In this document: piece by piece, positions 20,074-30,099 of the stretch
Layout of the letters: every line of letters begins with the position of its first letter
How positions within the stretch are numbered: position 1 is the stretch's first letter
NCBI GenBank assembly: GCA_963797095.1
Contig: CAWCNY010000003.1
Span: forward strand, 736,001-800,000
Direction of reading: 5' to 3'
DNA from: an uncultured Chloroflexia bacterium
Lineage (GTDB): Bacteria; Chloroflexota; Chloroflexia; QHBQ01; JADMIH01
DNA: 64,000 nt
The notes under the pieces: generated by a model
Databases searched by the model: none
Told to the model about the DNA's origin: nothing
What the model saw: only the letters and a program-made list of their open reading frames with translations
Made by a program: the position numbers and the translations under genes

Positions 20074-21261
20074 ATGGCAGAAGAACGAGAAGTTGTCGTG
20101 CTGAGTGGTGTTCGCACTCCGGTCGGCAAGTATGGTGGCAGTCTCAAAGACTTTTCGCCCAGCGACCTGGGTGCGATGGTCACGAAGGAGGCCGTGAAGC
20201 GCTCAGGCCTGGAGCTTAGCGAGATCGAGCATTCGATCTTCGGTAATATCCTCCACACCGAGGGCGGCGATATGTACATGGGGCGCATAATCGGGCTTAA
20301 GGCCGGTTTGCCGCTCGAGACGCCCGGCCTGACGGTCAACAGATTATGTGGAAGCGGCCTGCAAGCCATCGTCAGCGCATCTCATTACATCAGATTGGGC
20401 GATGCGACCACGGCAGTGGCGGGCGGGACCGAGGTGATGAGCCGTTCCCAGTACTGGCTCCCGGCCATGCGCTGGGGCGCTCGTATGAACGACAGCGCGG
20501 CGGTCGACTCCATGCTCGCTGTATTGACCGATCCGCTCGACGGCTGCCACATGGGCATCACCGCCGAGAGAATAGCAACAAAGTACAGCATCACCCGCGA
20601 AGAGCAGGATGCGCTGGCAGCCGAGAGCCATCGCCGGGCCGTCAATGCCATCGACAACGGCTATTTTAGAGAGCAAATCCTGCCTGTAGAGCTAAAGACC
20701 AAGGCGGGAGTAACCCTATTTGACACCGACGAAGGTCCGCGCCGCGAAGTCGATCCTATCGCTATGGCGAAGCTTCGCCCCGCCTTTGACCCGCAGGGCA
20801 CCGTTACAGCCGGCAATGCCTCCAGCATCAACGACGCCGCGGCTGCCGTGGTGCTGATGGAGCGCAAAGCGGCGGAGCAGAGAGGTCTCAGGCATATGGG
20901 CCGCCTCCTTGGGTCAGCAGTAGTGGGCGTAGACCCGAAATATATGGGCCTGGGCCCCGTGGAGGCAATTCGCAAAGTCCTCGACCGCACAGGGCTGACC
21001 ATAAAGGAAATGGACGTAATCGAGCTGAACGAGGCCTTTGCAGCACAGGCGCTCGGCGTGATTAAGGAGCTTGACCTGCCGATGGACAGGACGAACCCCA
21101 ATGGAAGCGGCGTCTCGCTCGGCCATCCGGTCGGCGCTAGCGGCGCAATCCTGACGATCAAAGCGCTCTACGAGTTGCACCGGATCGGCGGGCGATATGC
21201 TCTTGTTACTCTGTGCATAGGCGGCGGACAGGGTATCGCCGCGATTTTCGAGCGTAACTAA
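20074..21261 (+). CDS. phaA: Acetyl-CoA acetyltransferase (beta-ketothiolase, BktB/PhaA-like)
   Basis: RTPVG, NRLCGSG, ELNEAFA, GHPVGASG, LCIGGGQG; AGGAGG RBS. Confidence 0.92.
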   Translation: MAEEREVVVLSGVRTPVGKYGGSLKDFSPSDLGAMVTKEAVKRSGLELSEIEHSIFGNILHTEGGDMYMGRIIGLKAGLPLETPGLTVNRLCGSGLQAIVSASHYIRLGDATTAVAGGTEVMSRSQYWLPAMRWGARMNDSAAVDSMLAVLTDPLDGCHMGITAERIATKYSITREEQDALAAESHRRAVNAIDNGYFREQILPVELKTKAGVTLFDTDEGPRREVDPIAMAKLRPAFDPQGTVTAGNASSINDAAAAVVLMERKAAEQRGLRHMGRLLGSAVVGVDPKYMGLGPVEAIRKVLDRTGLTIKEMDVIELNEAFAAQALGVIKELDLPMDRTNPNGSGVSLGHPVGASGAILTIKALYELHRIGGRYALVTLCIGGGQGIAAIFERN

Positions 21262-21327
21262 CCCTATACGCATTGCGGGCCAACAGTGATCCGCAATGCG
21301 TGATTTAACAAAAGGAGAACCAAGAAG

Positions 21328-21930
21328 ATGAGTCAAGCTCCTACTGATGGGTTGGGTCTTCTGGACCCATTTGGATTCTGGAAAACGGCACGCGATACCA
21401 ACCTGGAAGCCTGGTCCAAGTTTATGATCGATCTCGTAAACTCGGACGAGTATGCCCAGGCAACCGGCCTCGCTTTGGAACAGGCCCTGGCTACCTCTCA
21501 GCCTCTGAGGGATGCCATGGAGAGAACTATGACCCAGACGCTGAGCATGTTGAACATGCCCAGCCGCGCCGAGGTGATCAGCCTTGCTGATCGCTTGGTC
21601 AATGTCGAAATGCGCCTTGATGACCTGGACGCCAAGCTGACCACAGTTCAGAAGGCGCTGCAGGAAACAATCAAGAAGGCGATCCATGAGGCTATGCCGG
21701 CGCAAAACCCGCAGTTGAACAGCATAGAGGCCAAACTTGAGGCGATGGACGTCAAACATGATGCGCTCAAGAAAGTCGAGGCGCACCTGGTTGAGTTGAG
21801 CGCTAAGCTCGATGCGTTGCGGGTCCCCGTTGCCGCCGCCCCGGTAAACCGGCCTTCGGAAGCCCCCAAACCTGAGCCTAAACCCCGGCCCACCCAGCCT
21901 GCCGCCAGGAAAGACCAGGAGGCCAAGTGA
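21328..21930 (+). CDS. PHA synthase partner subunit (PhaR class IV / PhaE-like), copy 2
   Basis: DPFGFWK...AWSK...NSDEYAQ...LNMPSRAEVISLADRLVNVEMRLDDL resembles Bacillus PhaR; overlaps phaC start. Confidence 0.75.
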   Translation: MSQAPTDGLGLLDPFGFWKTARDTNLEAWSKFMIDLVNSDEYAQATGLALEQALATSQPLRDAMERTMTQTLSMLNMPSRAEVISLADRLVNVEMRLDDLDAKLTTVQKALQETIKKAIHEAMPAQNPQLNSIEAKLEAMDVKHDALKKVEAHLVELSAKLDALRVPVAAAPVNRPSEAPKPEPKPRPTQPAARKDQEAK

Positions 21931-23012
21931 TGGCTACCCACACACCTACACCCGACACCGAGACAATGAACTCCGATATCCAGCGGTTCATGAACAACTA
22001 CAGGACGCTGCTCCGAGTGAGCACAACCCGCTACCCGGTGGGCCAGACACCCAAAGAAACCGTCTGGACGCTCAACAAGGCCAAGCTATACAGGTATCTC
22101 CCGACAGTTCCCGTTACGAAGAAGCACAAGACACCCCTCTTGCTGGTGTTCGCTCTGATGAGCCGGGCATACATCCTCGACCTGAGACCGGGGGCCAGCT
22201 TCGTCGAATACATGGCGAACAAGGGGTACGACGTGTACTTGCTTGACTGGGGCGAGCCTGGTCACGAGGACAGGAACCTCAAGTTCGATGATTATGTGCT
22301 CGAATATCTGCCCCGCGCCGTCCGCAAGCTCAAGGAAGTGTCGGGGTCGGAGGAGTTTAGCATGCTTGGGTGGTGCATTGGCGCTATCCTCACCACATGC
22401 TACGCTTCATTGCGCCCTGATGATGGCTTGAAGAACATGGTGTTGCTTACAGCCCCCCTCGACTTCACCGCAAAGGATATAAGCGGCTTCAGTAAGTGGG
22501 TTGCCGAGGACTATTTGGACGTCGAAAGCATTATCACCGCCTTCGGCAATATGCCCCCTGACATGCTTGACGCAGGCGCAAAGCTCCTCAAGCCGGTCGA
22601 AAACTACGTCAGCAACTATATCCGCTTGCTCGACAACCTGGAGAACGAGAAGGTGGTTGATTCCTGGCATGCAATGGACACCTGGGTCAACGACCCGATC
22701 CCGATGCCCGGTGGCGTATTCCGCCAGCTTGTGAACGATTTCTTCCGTGGTAACCGCCTGGTAAAAGGCACGCTGACCATGCGTGGTGAGAGGGTGGACC
22801 TGGCGAATGTGAAGGCCAACCTCATCAATATCATCGCCGACGCAGACCACATAACACCTCCGTGCCATTCCGAGAACCTGTTGCCGGCATTCGGCAGCGA
22901 GGACAAAGAGATGGTGAGGATGAAGGCGGGGCACATTGGCCTTATGCTCAGCAGCACAGCCAACAGGATCACCTGGCCCCTGATCGAGGGCTGGCTCGAC
23001 AAGCGCGACTAA
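21927..23012 (+). CDS. phaC: Polyhydroxyalkanoate synthase PhaC (class III/IV), intact triad
   Basis: GQTPKETVW, YILDLRPG, GWCIGA lipase box, ADHI, GHIGL. Confidence 0.9.
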   Translation: MMATHTPTPDTETMNSDIQRFMNNYRTLLRVSTTRYPVGQTPKETVWTLNKAKLYRYLPTVPVTKKHKTPLLLVFALMSRAYILDLRPGASFVEYMANKGYDVYLLDWGEPGHEDRNLKFDDYVLEYLPRAVRKLKEVSGSEEFSMLGWCIGAILTTCYASLRPDDGLKNMVLLTAPLDFTAKDISGFSKWVAEDYLDVESIITAFGNMPPDMLDAGAKLLKPVENYVSNYIRLLDNLENEKVVDSWHAMDTWVNDPIPMPGGVFRQLVNDFFRGNRLVKGTLTMRGERVDLANVKANLINIIADADHITPPCHSENLLPAFGSEDKEMVRMKAGHIGLMLSSTANRITWPLIEGWLDKRD

Positions 23013-23080
23013 CAAGCTAAAGTGACCACAGATTACGAATTCTTGCTTCAAATTCGTGGTCCATGAGGGGAGTGTGAAAA

Positions 23081-23860
23081 ATGGGAATTAAGCTAGACAA
23101 CAAAGTAGCCGTAGTCACCGGTGGTGCTCTTGGCATCGGACGTGCCACGGTTATGGCCTTCGCCAAAGCAGGCGCTAAAGTAGCCATCTGGGACCTTGCC
23201 GAGAACGCGGGGCAGGCCCTGGTGGCCGAGATTCGCGACGAGGGCGGTAAAGCAGCTTTCTTCAAAGTCAATGTGGCCTCCCAGGCCGACGTGGAAGCCG
23301 CGGTCACTGCCACCATATTGCAGTTTGGCAAGGTAGATATCCTTGTGAATAACGCCGGCATCACGCGCGATGCTCAACTGGTCAGGATCAAAGACGGCCA
23401 GCTTATCGGCAAGATGAGCGAAGCCGAGTTCGACTCGGTCATAGCGGTAAACCTGAAAGGCGTATTCAACTGCACGCAGGCCGTGGTTCCTGCCATGATC
23501 GCGCAGGGCTACGGGCGCATCATCAGCGCTTCGTCGGTGGTCGGTCTGTACGGGAACTTCGGACAAACCAACTATGTGGCAGCGAAAGCTGGCGTTATCG
23601 GCATGACCAAAGTATGGTCACGAGAACTTGGTAAACGAGGTATCACCGTCAATGCTGTTGCGCCTGGCTATATAGTCACCGATATGACCAGGGCAATACC
23701 TGAGCAGGCCCAGCAGAAGCTGATTGCCTCTACACCCGTCGGACGCCCCGGCCAGCCGGAGGACGTGGCAAACGCGTACCTCTTCCTCGCCTCAGATGAG
23801 GCAAGCTTCATCAACGGCACAGTGCTGAACGTGGACGGCGGTATGGTTGCGGGAACCTGA
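23081..23860 (+). CDS. phaB: SDR, acetoacetyl-CoA/3-oxoacyl reductase (PhaB/FabG-like)
   Basis: TGGALGIG, NNAGITRD, GNFGQTNYVAAKAG; last gene of the PHA cluster. Confidence 0.8.
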   Translation: MGIKLDNKVAVVTGGALGIGRATVMAFAKAGAKVAIWDLAENAGQALVAEIRDEGGKAAFFKVNVASQADVEAAVTATILQFGKVDILVNNAGITRDAQLVRIKDGQLIGKMSEAEFDSVIAVNLKGVFNCTQAVVPAMIAQGYGRIISASSVVGLYGNFGQTNYVAAKAGVIGMTKVWSRELGKRGITVNAVAPGYIVTDMTRAIPEQAQQKLIASTPVGRPGQPEDVANAYLFLASDEASFINGTVLNVDGGMVAGT

Positions 23861-23988
23861 TCTGCACAGAATATGTGAGAACCGGTAGGTCTCGTTCCTG
23901 AGTTATGACCGGATATGGGTCACAATCACGAAGAACTAACATAAAACATCCCAAATTTTAGATGCAGCTTCGCATGCGTGCAATCTAC

Positions 23989-24041
23989 TTCTAAAACAGG
24001 CAAAAATGGCGGCAATGCCGCCATTTTTGCCTGTTTTAGAA
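23989..24041. repeat. 53-bp palindrome (26-bp perfect arms, 1-nt centre) between convergent genes
   Basis: TTCTAAAACAGGCAAAAATGGCGGCA-A-TGCCGCCATTTTTGCCTGTTTTAGAA. Confidence 0.85.
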
Positions 24042-24084
24042 TGCCCCTCCCCAGATTTTTGGGCTTACAAGGGTAGGTTTCTGC

Positions 24085-24300
24085 AAAAGGGGGTGCAGGG
24101 GTACTCCCCTGACAGGGGGTTTGGGGGTGTCCCTCACACTTCCCCCACTATTTACTCTCCCCTCTCCCCGTATTCGGGGTGCCGACGAAGGAGGCGGAGG
24201 GCAGGGGGTGAGGGGTGTTAGCCTGTGCTCACCAGCGGCTCTTAAAGGAAAACCTACCCTTGAGAGTGTCAGGGGAGGGGTTGGGATGGGGTCTCGGGGC
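24085..24300. repeat. Cluster of G/C-rich REP-like hairpin elements
   Basis: CAGGGG-TACT-CCCCTG, CCCCG-TATT-CGGGG, GGGGGTGAGGGG and GGGGAGGGGTTGGG motifs typical of intergenic REP-like repeats. Confidence 0.5.
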
Positions 24301-24413
24301 ATCCTGATGCTCTCCTACGCACGATTTCAAGATTTGGGATTACTCATGTTTAAGTATGGGAAATTGTGTATTGTTATGAGCATTGAGGAGGCCACATCCT
24401 ACCGAGCGCCGGG

Positions 24414-25298
24414 TTATTGCAGGTCCTGGCGAATAGCCTCGAACCATATTTGCGCTACCAGATCGTAGCCACTCGGATTGGGGTGGATACCGTCCTCGGC
24501 CAGGGTAGAGGGGTCGGTGAAGATAGTGGTATTGTAAAAATCAACCGTAGTGGCCCCATACTCCGCTGCCTTGGCGCGGATGACATCGTTGAAGGCGAGG
24601 GCGAGGTGCGACATGTGCGCTAAATCCTCCGGGGAGTAGCCGGCCCCATTAGGGTTCGTTGCGTAAGGGCGCAGCGACTGGTCGTCCAGCAGTGCGATGT
24701 AGACCCTGGCCCCCACCCCCGTCAACGAACGCAGGGTCGTATCGATATTGTTCGTGTACGTGGTCAGGTCCGAATCTTCCTGGTCGGGACCGTTGTTGTA
24801 CCAGAGGTCGTTACTGCCTATCCAGACAAGGGCGATCTGGGGGTTGGCCTGCAGGGCGGGGGGCAACTGGCCCTCGACCATCTGCTGAGAACTCCAACCC
24901 GACAAACCAAGGTTGAGGATTTGTGAGTTGGGCCTTATCTCATTGATAGACTTTTGGAGACGCGCCGGATACCCGCCCCCATCTCCAGGGTAGTCGCCAT
25001 CCCCCTGGGTCAGGCTGTCACCCAGCGCAACGATTGTGAGCGGCCCGTCCGGTATCGGAGCTGGAGTGGCAGGGGAAGACAAGGGTTGCGAGGGCGTAGA
25101 GGTCTCCTCAAGAGGGGGTAGGGTGGGTTCAATGGTGCTCTCAGGCGTAGGTTCGCCAGGCTCGGCGGGAGTTGAGGTTGCAGAAAGGTCAGGGGATGGG
25201 GTTGCGAGAGGAGGGTTAGTGGCAGGTACGGGTACGCTATCAGAGCAAGCCACGAGAAGCCCGCAGAGCAGGACAATAAGTATGGCACATGCGCGCAT
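24414..25298 (-). CDS. SGNH/GDSL hydrolase lipoprotein
   Basis: Lipobox LVAC, PT linker, GDSLT, NLGLSG, IGSND, DGIHP. Confidence 0.9.
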   Translation of the reverse strand: MRACAILIVLLCGLLVACSDSVPVPATNPPLATPSPDLSATSTPAEPGEPTPESTIEPTLPPLEETSTPSQPLSSPATPAPIPDGPLTIVALGDSLTQGDGDYPGDGGGYPARLQKSINEIRPNSQILNLGLSGWSSQQMVEGQLPPALQANPQIALVWIGSNDLWYNNGPDQEDSDLTTYTNNIDTTLRSLTGVGARVYIALLDDQSLRPYATNPNGAGYSPEDLAHMSHLALAFNDVIRAKAAEYGATTVDFYNTTIFTDPSTLAEDGIHPNPSGYDLVAQIWFEAIRQDLQ

Positions 25299-25739
25299 GA
25301 TTCACCTCCCGTTTACATAGGCGCAATATCGGACAGGATAGTAGGCAATACTACAGTCCGATTACCTCGCCACTTCCAATGAAATCGCAGGCTTCCCCAG
25401 GGCGTTTCATTGATGGGACCACATAAACGCTATATTATGAAGTAGCGTTGTATGAAGAAGCGTTCGCCTGATTATACACGACTAAGCTACAACGCGTGCT
25501 CCTGAAATGCCTTCCTCTGAGCTTTCTCGCCCAGGTTCTATCTACAAACTCCGAAAAGGATGTGTTCCTGATCTGGAGCACGCGCAATAGCAATTAAGGC
25601 CAGTTCCTTCAACCACCACTGACTGTGAACGTGGAACGTTGGTTCGAAAGTAGGAAGGATAAGTACTTCATTGGGCATGAGCTTGGGGAGCCTGGGGCGT
25701 AACAGGTTTGAGGTAACGGGTAAGATATAGATACACGCC

Positions 25740-26663
25740 ATGAGACAGAGCGCGCTTGCAACAAAGACGATTAGCCGGCTTAGGGGGCTGAAAGCCATGC
25801 CGGGAGCCATGCCTCCGGCAGGGCTGGTGGTGCTCGGCATTGTGTCAGTGCAGATAGGGGCGGCGTTCGCCAAGACGCTCTTCCCGGCTGTGGGGCCTTA
25901 TGGAACCGTTTTCCTGAGGCTGGTTTTCGCCGCGCTGATTCTAATGATAGCCTGGCGACCGCGGGTACGCAGGCATGAGCTTGGGGAGCCTGGGGGCGGA
26001 CGCGACTATCTCCTGGTATTGCTCTTTGGATTGATCTTCGCGGCGATGAATACGAGCTTTTATGCGGCCATCGACCGTCTGCCTCTCGGGGTCGCAGTGA
26101 CGGTGGAGTTTGTAGGACCATTAGGTGTAGCGGTGTTCGGCTCCCGGAGGCTTCTACACCTGCTGTGGGCGGTACTGGCTGCGGGAGGGATCGTCTTGCT
26201 CACTCCGCTCACCGGAGTGAGCGGCATCCAGATCGACTCGTTGGGCCTCGCTCTTGCCCTCCTGGCGGGGCTTTGCTGGGCCGTATATATAGTGACCAGC
26301 GTGCGGGTGGGGCGGTCCTTCCCAGGTGGGACCGGGCTGGCGCTCGGCACGGCGATTGGCGCGGTGCTGGTGGCACCCATCGGCATCTGGCAGGGAGGCG
26401 AAAAACTGCTCGATTGGCCACTCCTGGCGACGGCCGCGGCCGTCGCGCTGCTGTCCTCGGTGATACCTTATTCCTTGGAATTGGAAGCGCTTAGGAAGCT
26501 GCCCGCAAGGGTGTTCGGCGTGCTGATGAGCATCGAGCCGGCAATCGCGGCCATAGTGGGGTTCGTCGTGCTTGGTGAGGCCCTGGGCGAGCGGGAGTTG
26601 CTAGCTATTGGGCTAATTACCGCAGCCAGCATAGGCGCTACCAGATTCAGGGCGGAAAGTTAG
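25740..26663 (+). CDS. EamA/DMT transporter, RhtA-like
   Basis: SVQIGAAFAKTLF, RLPLGVAVTVEFVGPL, PYSLELEALRKLPARVFGVLMSIEPA. Confidence 0.9.
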   Translation: MRQSALATKTISRLRGLKAMPGAMPPAGLVVLGIVSVQIGAAFAKTLFPAVGPYGTVFLRLVFAALILMIAWRPRVRRHELGEPGGGRDYLLVLLFGLIFAAMNTSFYAAIDRLPLGVAVTVEFVGPLGVAVFGSRRLLHLLWAVLAAGGIVLLTPLTGVSGIQIDSLGLALALLAGLCWAVYIVTSVRVGRSFPGGTGLALGTAIGAVLVAPIGIWQGGEKLLDWPLLATAAAVALLSSVIPYSLELEALRKLPARVFGVLMSIEPAIAAIVGFVVLGEALGERELLAIGLITAASIGATRFRAES

Positions 26664-26900
26664 GGAAGAGAGAGCACTGTCTGGCTATGGTTTGCCGATA
26701 GAGCCTGGTGAGTGTTGTGAACTTGCAGCGGGGAGGCCAGACAACCCAATTGTGGTATGATATAGCTCACATATGTCGTTGTGCGACTGCCTCCGGTTCC
26801 TCGCAACCGAGGAATGTCACCGGCAATATCGTTGTGGATCAAGTGCCTTTCCGGTTACTGCCAGGTGTATTCGCCTGGTTGGGAACAAAGGAGATAGACG

Positions 26901-29546
26901 ATGAAAGTGCGCGCTACTCTGATCGCTGCGGTCCCGCTACTGGCGCTGGCGCTGGTGCTCTCGGCATGCGACCAGCAGGCCATTCCCACCGCCCCACCCG
27001 TCCCAACACAAGGCACAGCCACCACCCAGGATCTCCAGGCTACGATAGAGGCCCTGCAAACCGTGGTCGCTTCTACTGTGGTCGCGCAAGCTCCAACCCC
27101 GGAGGCTACAGCCGAGACCGCATCCGAGGCTACATCTGAAGCCACCACCGAGCCTGCCGCCGAAGCCACATCCGAGGCCATTCAGGAGCCGGAGGCCACC
27201 ACTGAAGCAGGTGTGGAGGGCTCTTCGGACGATGAAGTGCCACCAACGGATACGCCCGTTGCGCTCCCCGCAGGGCCTGCTGTGGTCCTCACCGGGCACC
27301 CCCGCCTGCTGGTAAGCGCCGAAGACCTGCCCCGGCTCCGCTCCTGGGCTGTGGACAGCAACCCGATCTACAAAAACGGCCTCCTGCCGGTCATAGAACA
27401 AGCTAAGGCCGATATGGACGCGGGCACGGTTGTGCAGCAGGACAACGCGGGCACCCGCTACTCGGATTACCCGAATGAGCTGTACGCCGAGCTGTTCGCT
27501 TTCGCGTCCCTCATCGCTAATGATCAGGCTACCCGCGACGATTACGCCCAGCGTGCCCGCACCCTCCTCATGCGCATTATGAACGAGGTTGTCAAAGGCT
27601 ATGCCGACAACGAGCCATACCGTGACCTCGCCTTCCCAACCAGCGACCGTTCAAGATGGCAGGGGGAGGCATACGGCCTGACGGTGGACTGGATATATCC
27701 GTACCTCTCCGCGGAGGACAAAGCTATTATCCACAAGGCATTCGTTCAGTGGTCCGACACAATAGTGACCAACGGTTATCACCACCCTGAGCCGATCGGC
27801 CTGGTCAATGACCCGCAACTGGTCGCCGATAAGTCCATCGCCCGTTGGGCAGCCAACAACTACTTCAACGGCAACATGCGGAACCTGGGCCTCATGGCCC
27901 TCTCTTTCGACACAGCAGACGACCAGGGCGGAGAACTGGGGAAGTATCTGAATAACGCTATAGGCGCGCGCCTCTACATGTCCGATTACATAATGCGCAA
28001 TGATGCCGCGGGGGGAATGCCCGCAGAAGGTTTCGAGTACGGCGGAGCGCAGCTCGGCTACATCTTGCAATTCCTCTATGCGTTGCACACTGCCGGCCAG
28101 TCTGACACCGCTGTGTGGGGTCCGCAGGTCTCGATAGACAACCCCTTCTGGAACAACTTCGTCAACGGGTTTTTGCACTCTTTCAGTCCCGCGCCCCTCG
28201 ATCATCCGGAGTTCGGGCAGGTATACCAGACTGCCTTCTACGGTGACGGAGAAAAATACCTACCACCTCCCGACTTCATGGAATCTTTTGGCCCTCTGGC
28301 CCTGTACGCCAGGTCGATGGGCAACACGGAACTGGTGGATAAGATACGCTGGATCGAGACGAACCTGGCCCCCGGAGGCGCGGATAAGCTAATGGAGCGG
28401 GCCGCTGACTCCCATATCTTCTTCGACGACATACTCTACTTCATGCTCTTCGATCCGAACGCAGGGCAGCCCGCCGACCCGCATCTATCGCAGCCACTCA
28501 ACTTCTACGCCCCTGGCACCGGCCACATCCTGTCGCGCACCGGTTGGGACCCCGGTGCGACCTGGTTCACCTACATGCTAAGCTGGATGTCTATAGACCA
28601 CCAGCAGGCCGACGGCAACAGCTTCGATTTCTACCGCGATGGGGAATGGCTCACTAAAGAGCGCGTTGGTTACGAGCTATTCAGCTCCGACTACCACAAT
28701 ACCCTGGCGTTGCAGAACGACAAGCCCGACCGGTACGTTGAGGGAGAGTATCTTGCCATCGAAAGTGATCGCGGCTCGCAGTACATATTGACAAACGATG
28801 AAGGCAAGTTGGTCGCTCACAGCTTCGGCCGGGGATTCACCTACGCACTCGGCGACGCGACGGGCCTGTACAACTCGCTTTACGAAGAAGTGACTGACAT
28901 TACCCACGTGAGCCGCTCCATCGTCTGGCTGCAACCCGACTACATTTTTGTTTACGACCGCGCTTCTTCCAAGACGGCTGGGCGCTTCAAGAGGTTCTGG
29001 CTGCAAACGCCGACCCAGGCTGCGGTCTCGGGAAAGCAAGCCACTATGACGACAGAGAAGGGACAACAACTGTTCGTTACGACGTTGCTGCCCCAGGATG
29101 CCATCGTTGCCTCGGAGCCTGTAGATACCTATGGAGAGGAAAACACCGCTCAGGAAGAGCCAATGAAGTATCGCCTCAGGGTTGAGGCTCCGGGCGGGCC
29201 GCAGAATGTGCGCTTCCTCAACGTGTTGCAGGGCGCGGATGCCGGTGCTAGCCCCGACCCTGCAACCCTCATAGAGAGCACGGGCGGCACACCCTACGCA
29301 GGGGCGGTGGCGCACGGCGTGGCCGTGATGTTCCCCGTTGATCTTGGCGACAACTTCTCCAGCCTTACATACACTGCCCCATCAGACGCGACCGCGCACC
29401 TGATCACCGGGCTAACTCCCAACGCGGGCTATGACGCCGAAGTGACGAGCACAGGAGGGAGTGTGCAGGTAAGTGTGAAGCCGGGCAGCAAGTACACGGC
29501 GGACGACGGTGGCGTGCTGGTGCTGGGCACATTGCCGCGCAACTGA
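26901..29546 (+). CDS. Lipoprotein with heparinase II/III-like (alpha-toroid + beta-sandwich) region
   Basis: Lipobox LSAC, EAT-rich linker, HPRLL, EGFEY, SRTGW, DHQQADGNSF, HNTL. Confidence 0.65.
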   Translation: MKVRATLIAAVPLLALALVLSACDQQAIPTAPPVPTQGTATTQDLQATIEALQTVVASTVVAQAPTPEATAETASEATSEATTEPAAEATSEAIQEPEATTEAGVEGSSDDEVPPTDTPVALPAGPAVVLTGHPRLLVSAEDLPRLRSWAVDSNPIYKNGLLPVIEQAKADMDAGTVVQQDNAGTRYSDYPNELYAELFAFASLIANDQATRDDYAQRARTLLMRIMNEVVKGYADNEPYRDLAFPTSDRSRWQGEAYGLTVDWIYPYLSAEDKAIIHKAFVQWSDTIVTNGYHHPEPIGLVNDPQLVADKSIARWAANNYFNGNMRNLGLMALSFDTADDQGGELGKYLNNAIGARLYMSDYIMRNDAAGGMPAEGFEYGGAQLGYILQFLYALHTAGQSDTAVWGPQVSIDNPFWNNFVNGFLHSFSPAPLDHPEFGQVYQTAFYGDGEKYLPPPDFMESFGPLALYARSMGNTELVDKIRWIETNLAPGGADKLMERAADSHIFFDDILYFMLFDPNAGQPADPHLSQPLNFYAPGTGHILSRTGWDPGATWFTYMLSWMSIDHQQADGNSFDFYRDGEWLTKERVGYELFSSDYHNTLALQNDKPDRYVEGEYLAIESDRGSQYILTNDEGKLVAHSFGRGFTYALGDATGLYNSLYEEVTDITHVSRSIVWLQPDYIFVYDRASSKTAGRFKRFWLQTPTQAAVSGKQATMTTEKGQQLFVTTLLPQDAIVASEPVDTYGEENTAQEEPMKYRLRVEAPGGPQNVRFLNVLQGADAGASPDPATLIESTGGTPYAGAVAHGVAVMFPVDLGDNFSSLTYTAPSDATAHLITGLTPNAGYDAEVTSTGGSVQVSVKPGSKYTADDGGVLVLGTLPRN

Positions 29547-29602
29547 GCCATCTCCCCTATGGCGCTTTGGGGGTCTTGGCCATAGCTGAACTACAACGCG
29601 GG

Positions 29603-29785
29603 CTACTTCTCTCCCACAACTGACGGGCAGTAGGAGGAGAAGGTGTTGGAGACGATCTTGGCGGCCTGCCCCCTCGTTACGTTGTTCCCTGGCCGGAAGT
29701 ACGGCCTGTTCTCAGGTCCTACGCACGGCTCACCCTCTCCTCCACATGGGTAGCCGTTGACTATGCCCCTGCTGCTCAGTCGCTC
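29603..29785 (-). pseudogene. 3' remnant of an SLH-domain gene truncated by IS6
   Basis: ERLSSRGIVNGYPCGGEGEPC...[16 protein letters not shown] begins directly at the IS inverted repeat. Confidence 0.8.
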
Positions 29786-29871
29786 GGAAGCGTCAGGACT
29801 CAGTACTCGCAATTCTCTCTGTCGCGCTTTGGGTGTCTTAGCCAAGCCTCAACCACGATCATAGTCTGCCG

Positions 29872-30099
29872 TTAGGCCACCATCAGTAGATATTGTAGGG
29901 CACCAAGTCTCTCCCTGAACAGGCGGCGTTGTTCGGCCAAGGGCACGGTTTGTTTCTGCTTGGTTCGGTATCGGAAGTGGTCTCGCTGCTCATCATACGC
30001 CCGGCAAAATCGAGATGCCGACTCGAAAGAGCCGAACCCACGCATTGGGTAGTATCTCTGTTTGATGCCACGATGATCGTGTTCCAGCCTATTTTTCAA
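29872..30099 (-). CDS. IS6 transposase, exon 2 (C-terminus)
   Basis: LKNRLEHDHRGIKQRYYPMRGF; begins immediately after the intron 3' end ...CCTAC. Confidence 0.8.
   Translation of the reverse strand: MKNRLEHDHRGIKQRYYPMRGFGSFESASRFCRAYDEQRDHFRYRTKQKQTVPLAEQRRLFRERLGALQYLLMVA

Noticed and set aside
24006-24468. Short ORFs between phaB and the SGNH gene
   Set aside because: They overlap palindromes and REP-like repeats and are low-complexity translations.
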